In this document: positions 56,795 through 64,000 of the stretch, piece after piece
Layout: each line of letters begins with the position of its first letter
Position numbering within the stretch: the first letter of the stretch is position 1
NCBI GenBank assembly: GCA_963793265.1
Contig: CAWBZI010000001.1
Location: 64,001 to 128,000 of the forward strand
DNA: 64,000 bases
Reading direction: 5' to 3'
From: an uncultured cyanobacterium
GTDB lineage: Bacteria > Cyanobacteriota > Cyanobacteriia > Phormidesmidales > Phormidesmidaceae
Position numbers and translations under genes: made by a program
Notes under the pieces: generated by a model
What the model saw: the letters and a program-made list of their open reading frames with translations, nothing else
Database searches by the model: none
What the model was told of the DNA's origin: nothing

Positions 56795-58585
56795 TTAGTT
56801 AAAAGTAGGCTTTGCCTTACCTCGATTACGCTTTCGCCCTGACTCCACAGGCAGCGAACCTTCTTCGCCAGCAGCCTTAAGCGCTAGCGCCTCCGCTTTC
56901 TCTCGTTCTTGGCGCTCTAGCTCTGGAATCTTGAGCACAATCCCCGCTGCTAGCCAGTAATAAACGCCGACTGGATCAACGTCCAGCGGATAGTAGTAAG
57001 GGCTGTAGCTAATAAAGAGAATAAACACCCACATCGAGGCTGCATAGCTGCGGAGGTTTTTGTCTTTGGTGTTTCGATACACCCTGAAGGTGACTACCGT
57101 TAGCGTGGTGTATACCGCGAGTACGGCGATTAAGCCAATCGGGCCAAGCTCATAAATAATCTTGGGGTGATACGTCTCTAACAGCGTGGTCTTACCAAAT
57201 TTACGGGCGGAGTTGGTCGCTCGCCCTACCCCATGACCAAAAATGCCTTCCTGCTCGTTCCAAACCTGTGAGAACTGCTCCATGATAAAGGCTTGCGGCG
57301 GAGACGCTTCCCAACGAGAAACCAGGCTGTCTATGCGCGTTTCGATCACGCCTGGGTTGTTGACAACCAGATAAGAAACGATGATCCCGAGAATGACGCC
57401 GATCGGGATGAAGCGCTTGAGGTTAGCGACTTGGCCTGTAAGCACGGTAAGCAGGCCGACTACAATCGGCACCAGCACCAGGGCAATCCGCTGACCGGAT
57501 ACTACCGCCATCACCATCACCGCGACCAAGGAAACTAGACCTACCGTGCGCCAAACGGCAGAGCGATCGCTAAAGGTAGTCCCAAAGCTAAAGAACGCAC
57601 TAGAAATTAAGAACCAGCCCCATTGCCAGGGCGCGACAAACGTACCCGGTAGTCGAATCTGATCGACTTGAGGCGAGTAAAGCAAAGAACCACCCACGAG
57701 GCACCGAGCCGACAGCGACGCTCGGAACATTTCTTCGCCTAGTCCCTGAGTTCCGGCACAATAGCCTGTTTTTAGCGCCAGATATTGCAGCAGCCCTAGT
57801 CCTGAGGCAACGAGGATCAGCACGGCCTGCAATCGCAGCAAGAATACCAGATCTTCTTTGTTACGGATGAGGTAGTAGATGCAAGCTACAAGAGGGATGT
57901 AGCCAAATATAATCTTGGCGCTCCAAAGGGCCATGATGATCGGTGCGCTGTTGCCTTCACCGCCTGCGAACTGATCGGGCACATTCGTCACTAACGCTGT
58001 GATGCTGACAATAATCAGTAAGAAGATAAGCGGCGGCTTGATTTGCTGTGGCAGAATGATCGGCAGCCGTTTTTTGCGGCAAAACTGATAGACCCCGATC
58101 AGCGCTGGAATGTAGAAGATGTCCTTGCCAAGCTGCAGAATCGGGCTACCGCCTAAGGCATAAATGACCGTACCTGCAAACGGAACGTAGATGATAAAGG
58201 CATACAGCGCCAGTCGTTGATATTTGAACGACATGATCAGGCACATCAGCGCTGCCCCAGCCGCGACGCCCAGCTTGGGCTCAATTAAGAGTGCGAACAG
58301 TATGCCGATAAATGCGCAGCCTAAAAAGACTGAAACAATAAAAGAGACGGTTTCTTTGCGACGCGCTGCGATCGCCCGATCCAACACCAGTTTTTGACGC
58401 GGGCTCAGGTCTTCTGTGACCTCATCGCTGCCCATTACCAGGCCACCAGTCCCTGCACCTTTACCTTTGGCTCGCTTGCTCAGCTTTGACTGCCGGGCGC
58501 TTTGCTTACTTCGATTTTTCGCTTTTTTGGCAGACTGTTTGACAGACCGCTTGACGGAGCGTTTCCCGGAGGCGCGTGAAACCAT
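56795..58585 (-). CDS. hpsL: Polysaccharide polymerase/O-antigen-ligase-like membrane protein, HpsL-like
   Basis: Many TM segments; RLPGTFVAPWQW, GHGVGRATNSAR, ETYHPK, YYPLDVDP. Confidence 0.8.
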   Translation of the reverse strand: MVSRASGKRSVKRSVKQSAKKAKNRSKQSARQSKLSKRAKGKGAGTGGLVMGSDEVTEDLSPRQKLVLDRAIAARRKETVSFIVSVFLGCAFIGILFALLIEPKLGVAAGAALMCLIMSFKYQRLALYAFIIYVPFAGTVIYALGGSPILQLGKDIFYIPALIGVYQFCRKKRLPIILPQQIKPPLIFLLIIVSITALVTNVPDQFAGGEGNSAPIIMALWSAKIIFGYIPLVACIYYLIRNKEDLVFLLRLQAVLILVASGLGLLQYLALKTGYCAGTQGLGEEMFRASLSARCLVGGSLLYSPQVDQIRLPGTFVAPWQWGWFLISSAFFSFGTTFSDRSAVWRTVGLVSLVAVMVMAVVSGQRIALVLVPIVVGLLTVLTGQVANLKRFIPIGVILGIIVSYLVVNNPGVIETRIDSLVSRWEASPPQAFIMEQFSQVWNEQEGIFGHGVGRATNSARKFGKTTLLETYHPKIIYELGPIGLIAVLAVYTTLTVVTFRVYRNTKDKNLRSYAASMWVFILFISYSPYYYPLDVDPVGVYYWLAAGIVLKIPELERQEREKAEALALKAAGEEGSLPVESGRKRNRGKAKPTFN

Positions 58586-58773
58586 AGTGCTAAAGCAAAA
58601 AGGAGAGCAGAGGGTTTAAACCAAATTTACCCAATCATGACTGTAAATCTGTATTTGTGCGGAAGGCGACCCAAAGATACGTACTAAATCTTCTTCAACG
58701 AGGGGGTTAGGTTTTCAGGAGCTTTATAGAGGCAGGCGATCGCCTCCGCAAATTCACCCTGCTCACCCTATTT

Positions 58774-60246
58774 CTACCGACCCAGCCGATTAGGCACCCC
58801 TTCACAGCCGCCCGGCACCGTTCCCCGCGTCTTACTCCCGCCCCAGGCGCAGCAATAGCACCGCTGAATTTCAGACAGACGCTGAACGTTGGTCAAATCC
58901 ACCCCTTCTACCACCGCTCCTGTGAACTCACCACTCGCATAGTTGGGCCGATCTTGACGGGTTCGAGGCGTCGCCGTTTCTAAGTCACCATAGAAAAAAC
59001 GTACGCCCATAATGTCTGTATTCGTCAAATTTGCGTCGCACAAAATGGCCCGCGCGAAGTTAGTGCGTACAAGGTCGCAGTCGGTTAGGTTAGCGCGAAT
59101 AAGGTTGGCCTCACTCATATCAAGCCAGCGCAGGTCAGTACTGTTAATATCGCTAGCAGCCAGCATTACGCCCAAATCGATCACGCGAGTGCCGTTGAGT
59201 CGGTCTTCAGCGTAGCCACCCAACCCGTCTAGAATAGGGCGACCTAAGCGCTGATCTCTCGCTAAAGGCGTCAGTAGCTTAGAGCGAGATAAGAAACGTA
59301 GCACTTTAGCCTTACCGCCTGCGTCAACGCTGCTCAAAATTGCCGCCGTTCGCGCTTCAGCAATCACTCGCTCCTGCGGCCAGTCTTCCAGCAGTCCCTC
59401 ATCGTCCAGCACCAACTCTGAAATACCTTGAAAGTAGGAGTCGATGGTTTGCTGCTGCGTAATCAGGTTTTGCTGAACGGTGAGATCGCGCGAGATAATG
59501 TACTGCCGCCACGCCACGTAGACGGCCAAAATGGCAATAAAAATTTGACCAATTGCGCCTAAAAAGTCACCCAAGGCGCTGATAATATCCCAACGCAAGC
59601 CGCTGCCCCAACGCGCGATTGGACGAGCAATACCACTGGTAGAAATGAGTCCGACGATGCCAAGCAGTAGCCCTGGGACGGCGATAAATAGAGCCTTCTG
59701 CTGCTGGCTTAGTTCATTGACGGCCTCTTGAAAGGTAGGCGCGAGCAGTCGCAACGAAACCACTAGCGTAACGATAGATCCTGCTAATGTGAGCCACAGA
59801 CTGCCGAGGGTAAAGCCGATGACAACGACAATGGCCCCAGCGATCGCCACCACGCTCACAGGCGCTTTAGCCACCTGAATAGGATCGATTGCCGGTTGCC
59901 GCTTATAGCGCTCCGGCGTCAGCCCTTTATCTGAATTTTGCTCCAATTCACCGCCTTTCTCAGCCCCTAGCTGAGACAAAGACGCCACAGCAGGACGGCC
60001 CTCTTTCTGGCTGTTAGCAATGAGCTGAGTGCTATAGGACGTATGGGCCACCTCGCCGTTATCCATTTGGAAGTCAGGATCGGGGTTGTAATCGACCGTG
60101 AATGACTCGTTGTAGCTAGCACCATTGCCATTGGAACGGCTGCTCGAATTGTCAGTTGAGCTGCCTGGCGCGATGGGTGGACTGCTGGGGCGATCGCGCT
60201 CAAAATCATCAGCAGCCGATCGCGGATCAGAAGAAGGGTTGGGCAT
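58774..60246 (-). CDS. Membrane-anchored pentapeptide repeat protein
   Basis: TM segments followed by ANLIRANLTDCDLVRTNFARAILCDANL. Confidence 0.85.
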   Translation of the reverse strand: MPNPSSDPRSAADDFERDRPSSPPIAPGSSTDNSSSRSNGNGASYNESFTVDYNPDPDFQMDNGEVAHTSYSTQLIANSQKEGRPAVASLSQLGAEKGGELEQNSDKGLTPERYKRQPAIDPIQVAKAPVSVVAIAGAIVVVIGFTLGSLWLTLAGSIVTLVVSLRLLAPTFQEAVNELSQQQKALFIAVPGLLLGIVGLISTSGIARPIARWGSGLRWDIISALGDFLGAIGQIFIAILAVYVAWRQYIISRDLTVQQNLITQQQTIDSYFQGISELVLDDEGLLEDWPQERVIAEARTAAILSSVDAGGKAKVLRFLSRSKLLTPLARDQRLGRPILDGLGGYAEDRLNGTRVIDLGVMLAASDINSTDLRWLDMSEANLIRANLTDCDLVRTNFARAILCDANLTNTDIMGVRFFYGDLETATPRTRQDRPNYASGEFTGAVVEGVDLTNVQRLSEIQRCYCCAWGGSKTRGTVPGGCEGVPNRLGR

Positions 60247-60456
60247 GGATTCTCGCTTTGCTTAGAAGCCAGTGTACCTGAAAGTTCTTTGATTGCTGCG
60301 GCCTAGCTGACCTCAGCAGCCACTAGCCATCCTCCACTAAAATAAAATCAACAGCACTTAATAAATAGTCCTTTTTTCGCCGCTGCTCGTCAGGTGCAAC
60401 TGGTACGCCATTTCTGGTATGCCAATCAGCAGCGATTAACCCGATACCGTCAATTT

Positions 60457-61989
60457 ATGATCGCAGCTTTACTTTTAATCGCCGCCATCGGCATCCTAGC
60501 GTGGGGATTTGTACAGGCCAAACCCTACGGCACGCCAGGCATTCTAGCCTGGCTGCAAACAGTCGTATTGATGGCTCCCTGGCTGCTATTCTTTGGCTTT
60601 TCAGCGCTTGGTATTTACCTCAACTTGGCGGGCATTTTGCTGCTGGTTGTTTCCTCAGCCGGACTCTACATCTATTTGGGTAAACGACTGCGGGTTTCAG
60701 GGCAAGCAGAACTTGCCGAAAAGCGAGCGGCGGCGCTTATGAGCGATGTAGCAGAATCATCTAAGACAGTCGAAAGCGGCTCATCTGATTCGGAACACAA
60801 AGCCGATCCTGATGCTGAAAAGGAAGCTGGCGCGGTTAATGAAGCTCAGGTGTCTAAGAAAAAAGAAGATGAAGCACTGCCACCAATTCCGCCTGAAGAT
60901 TTGACGGTGATTGAAGGCATTTTTGGGATTGATACTTTTTTTAAGACGAAAACAATTCCTTTTGCAGAAGGCGCGATCTTCAAGGGCAACTTGCGCGGGA
61001 AGCCGGATGAGACGGCGAGGGTGTTGAATGAAAAGCTGAGTGAGAAATTGGGCGATCGCTACCAAGCCTTTTTGCTAGTAGACCCCGAGGACAAACCCGT
61101 CGTACTGGTACAGCCCAGCGACTATGGCCCCAAGCTAACCTCACTCAGGCAAAAGATACTAGCGGGCGTATTAGCCGCTGCCACCTTTGCAACCTGCATA
61201 GAAACCGCAGGCATCTTGCAAAGCTTTGACGTGTTCCAGTCGCCCGAACGCTGGCCCGAAGCGCTACCGATTGCGATCGGCATTGCGCTGGTGCTAGTGG
61301 CTCACGAAATCGGTCATCGCGTAGTCGCCAAAAGGCTTGACGTAAAACTCAGCCCGCCTTTTTTCCTTCCGGCCTTTCAGCTAGGCGCTTTCGGATCGCT
61401 GATGCGGTTTGAGTCAATTCTGCCGAATCGCTCTGTTTTATTCGACGTTTCTTTTGCCGGGCCAGCCGCCGGAGGGCTATTGTCCTTTGCCTTTTTGTTT
61501 CTGGGCCTTGTGCTCTCTCATCCCGGCAGCCTGTTTCAGCTCCCGGCTGAGTTCTTCCAGGGCTCTATTTTAGTGGGCACACTTGCTCGCACGGTGCTAG
61601 GCGATAGTCTACAAGGTGATTTGGTAGATGTGCATCCGCTGCTGGTGGTTGGGTGGATTGGCCTCATTATCACAGCTATTAACGTGATGCCAGCCGGGCA
61701 GCTTGATGGCGGTCGAGTAGTGCAGGCTATTTACGGACGCAAAACGCTGGTTCGAGCCACTGCTGTCACGCTAGTGCTGCTATCGATAGTGGGTTTGTTT
61801 AATCCGATTGCGCTGTATTGGGCCGTGCTGATTGTCTTTTTACAGCGTCAGCCTGAGCGGCCTTGTCAGGACGACTTAACGGAGCCTGACGATGCCCGTG
61901 CGGCGCTGGCTTTGCTATCGCTGTTTTTGATGCTGCTGGTGCTGCTGCCCCTAACGCCGAGTCTGGCGGGTCGGTTAGGAATCGGATAG
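60457..61989 (+). CDS. Site-2 protease (M50, EGY-like)
   Basis: AHEIGH, AGPAAG, NVMPAGQLDGG, FGIDTFF, FKGNLRG; ATG 60457 preferred. Confidence 0.92.
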   Translation: MIAALLLIAAIGILAWGFVQAKPYGTPGILAWLQTVVLMAPWLLFFGFSALGIYLNLAGILLLVVSSAGLYIYLGKRLRVSGQAELAEKRAAALMSDVAESSKTVESGSSDSEHKADPDAEKEAGAVNEAQVSKKKEDEALPPIPPEDLTVIEGIFGIDTFFKTKTIPFAEGAIFKGNLRGKPDETARVLNEKLSEKLGDRYQAFLLVDPEDKPVVLVQPSDYGPKLTSLRQKILAGVLAAATFATCIETAGILQSFDVFQSPERWPEALPIAIGIALVLVAHEIGHRVVAKRLDVKLSPPFFLPAFQLGAFGSLMRFESILPNRSVLFDVSFAGPAAGGLLSFAFLFLGLVLSHPGSLFQLPAEFFQGSILVGTLARTVLGDSLQGDLVDVHPLLVVGWIGLIITAINVMPAGQLDGGRVVQAIYGRKTLVRATAVTLVLLSIVGLFNPIALYWAVLIVFLQRQPERPCQDDLTEPDDARAALALLSLFLMLLVLLPLTPSLAGRLGIG

Positions 61990-62010
61990 ATATAGTTCCT
62001 GAATTTTTTA

Positions 62011-62610
62011 GTGAGAATTGTCATGCAATCAAGTAGTACGCGTCTCTATAGACGAGGGTTAGCGATCGCGTTAAGAACACTGCCCTTTTTCGGCCCTTTA
62101 GCGGGGCTGATGCTGGTTCAAGGTGTGCAAGCTGATGACACGCAGCCGATGAGGTTTACAGGCTCAGCGGTGGAAGCTCGCGGTCAAACGGGTGGTGAGG
62201 AGAATTTGACTCGGATTGCGGCGCGCGATCGCAGACGAAAACTGTGTTTAGGATTTAGTACGTCAGCTCCTAGCCACGTTTTAGTGCTCCCTGATAATCA
62301 AGCGCGCTTAAGAATAGCCGTCGATAGCGATGGTAGCGACACAACCCTGCTCATTCGGGGGCCCCGAGGCATTGACTGCAACGACAACGCACGCAGGAAT
62401 AGCAGAGACGCGGCGGTTGCCGATACCAACTGGCCAGCGGGCAAGTATGAGATCTGGGTGGGCGCTTACAGCCGGGGCGATCGCCTCAACTACACGCTGA
62501 ACGTATCTGCGCCTAGCTCAAACCGCGTCAGAAATCTATCAAAAGGTCACCCTGCTAAGCCGGATAACCGACCAGATGAAGGGGTTGGAGCGGAATTAAC
62601 CAGACGCTAA
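62011..62610 (+). CDS. Exported hypothetical protein (PPC-like beta domain)
   Basis: Signal peptide; DTTLLIRGP...CND, GKYEIWVG. Confidence 0.65.
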   Translation: MRIVMQSSSTRLYRRGLAIALRTLPFFGPLAGLMLVQGVQADDTQPMRFTGSAVEARGQTGGEENLTRIAARDRRRKLCLGFSTSAPSHVLVLPDNQARLRIAVDSDGSDTTLLIRGPRGIDCNDNARRNSRDAAVADTNWPAGKYEIWVGAYSRGDRLNYTLNVSAPSSNRVRNLSKGHPAKPDNRPDEGVGAELTRR

Positions 62611-62636
62611 TATAATCGTGGTTCATTTGCTGTTTA

Positions 62637-63476
62637 ATGCCTACATCGATAGGAAAACTACCTGTGTTCAAAGCTCTGGTTAAAGACTTTCGCATTATTT
62701 TTGAGCGAGATCCGGCTGCGCGGAACTGGCTAGAGGTCGCTTTTCTTTATCCCGGCTTTCAGGCTTTGGTACTGCATCGCCTGGCTCACTGGCTTTGGAA
62801 TATGGGCATTCCGTTTGTGCCCCGGCTCATTTCTCACCTAGCTAGAGCGCTCACAGGCGTTGAAATTCACCCAGGCGCGACGATTGGCTCAGGTGTATTT
62901 ATCGATCACGGCATGGGTGTGGTCATTGGTGAAACGGCGATTATTGGCGATCTGTCGCTGATATATCAAGGCGTGACTTTGGGCGGTACTGGCAAAGAAA
63001 GCGGTAAGCGCCACCCAACACTCGGTACGGGCGTGATTATTGGTGCAGGCGCTAAGGTGCTTGGCAATATCCAAATTGGCAATAACGTGAGAATCGGGGC
63101 CGGTTCGGTGGTGCTGCGTGAGGTGCCTTCTGACTGTACGGTTGTGGGGATTCCAGGCCGTATTGTCTATCGTTCGGGCGATCGCGTAGAGCCTTTAGAT
63201 CATGCCAAGCTCCCTGACTCTGAGGCCATGGCAATTCGAGCGCTCGTGGATCGCATTGATGCGCTAGAAAATGAGCTAACCAAAATTAAAACGGCTGAGC
63301 CAGCTAGGCAGACAGTCGATCAAAAAGCTGAGCGGCTAGTGGCTGTAGGCGCAGGGCGAGCCGACCAGACCGCCTTGCTGATGCGAGCATTACAGGCTGA
63401 AAGCTGTGAGCCCGAGCAGTGCTGCCGCATCGAAGACCGTGCCATTCAAGAATTTTTAGGCGGCGCGGGAATCTAA
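62637..63476 (+). CDS. cysE: Serine O-acetyltransferase
   Basis: ERDPAA, YPGFQAL, TGVEIHPGA, IDHGMGVVIGET, GKRHPTLG. Confidence 0.96.
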   Translation: MPTSIGKLPVFKALVKDFRIIFERDPAARNWLEVAFLYPGFQALVLHRLAHWLWNMGIPFVPRLISHLARALTGVEIHPGATIGSGVFIDHGMGVVIGETAIIGDLSLIYQGVTLGGTGKESGKRHPTLGTGVIIGAGAKVLGNIQIGNNVRIGAGSVVLREVPSDCTVVGIPGRIVYRSGDRVEPLDHAKLPDSEAMAIRALVDRIDALENELTKIKTAEPARQTVDQKAERLVAVGAGRADQTALLMRALQAESCEPEQCCRIEDRAIQEFLGGAGI

Positions 63477-64000
63477 GGATTTACATCGCTATCTTGCCAG
63501 GTGCCTGCCGCTGTCATCTGATAAAGATGACGGCTTTGAGGCTCACCGCGCAGTTCTAAATGGTCAACGCTATTGGCCGTCAGCAGCAATAGCGTAAAGG
63601 TGTCAGGCGGCGTTTCACTATCGGGTGGTTTAGGCGAAAAAGCGTCGTTATCGGCTCTATCAGCTCTAGGATCAGGCCAGGCAAACTGAAGTCTCGCGCT
63701 ATCCGATATTTTTTGCCAGGATTGAACTCTAGCGGCGCTTAGATCAGACTGTTCTGTTTCAGCTGTGATAATAACGATCTGTCCAGATAGACGGAATTGT
63801 TCTCGCGTTTTTGTAAAGTACCAGCAGGCTTCGGCGCTTGGATTTTGTTGAATTTGGGCTGTTTTTTCGCTGCGGCGATCGCTAATAAACATCAGCCGAT
63901 TCGTCTCCTGTAAAAAGCCGCGAAACACGACGGTGCGATTGGCAGGCGTGCCGTTAGCTCTGAGGGTCGCAAGCTGAAGGTAGCGAGAAAACGGGACGGC
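63473..64000 (-). CDS. Pyridoxamine 5'-phosphate oxidase-related FMN-binding protein (5' truncated)
   Basis: Frame is open to the window edge: YLQLATL...PANRTVVFRGF, D.RSEK, EACWYF..TREQFRL.G. Confidence 0.85.
   Translation of the reverse strand, partial: AVPFSRYLQLATLRANGTPANRTVVFRGFLQETNRLMFISDRRSEKTAQIQQNPSAEACWYFTKTREQFRLSGQIVIITAETEQSDLSAARVQSWQKISDSARLQFAWPDPRADRADNDAFSPKPPDSETPPDTFTLLLLTANSVDHLELRGEPQSRHLYQMTAAGTWQDSDVNP

Larger units (their letters stand above)
1..64000. repeat. HIP1 octamer GCGATCGC dispersed through the window
   Basis: Dozens of occurrences seen by eye, mostly in coding sequence; not counted exactly. Confidence 0.9.

Noticed and set aside
1..64000. CRISPR array, IS/transposase, prophage, rRNA, tRNA, retron or DGR
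   Set aside because: No regularly spaced repeats, transposase, integrase or reverse transcriptase motifs, or RNA-gene signatures were seen by eye.

Overview
This is a gene-dense chromosomal segment from a cyanobacterium. The evidence is abundant HIP1 octamers (GCGATCGC), csaB, ycf49, bicA and hpsL/N/O/P-like genes, which suggest a filamentous or Leptolyngbyaceae/PCC 7335-like lineage (inference). From left to right it holds: a truncated FG-GAP-repeat protein that the ORF track misses; a surface-polysaccharide O-acylation cluster (SGNH, MBOAT, glycosyltransferases, epimerase) with a vapBC pair directly upstream; csaB; a second toxin-antitoxin pair; fbaB; a small orphan ORF in a highly structured non-coding region; aspC and bicA; an FHA-FNR-2Fe-2S plus membrane Fe-S pair; DNA-processing genes; a PPIase-HlyB-HlyD type I secretion operon; PIN-PhoH; a Rieske oxygenase with two hybrid kinases; housekeeping genes (queG, lepB, PBP1A, tyrS, pyrF, UDG, cysE); and an hps glycosyltransferase cluster interrupted by two exported-protein genes. 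I saw no rRNA, tRNA, CRISPR array or transposase. The best candidates for undescribed biology are the palindrome-centred, divergent structured-RNA module with its small ORF (about 16700-17260), the FHA-reductase/Fe-S membrane operon, and the Rieske-kinase cascade. The MBOAT gene has a 3' frameshift. All family calls come from motif recognition, not database searches.
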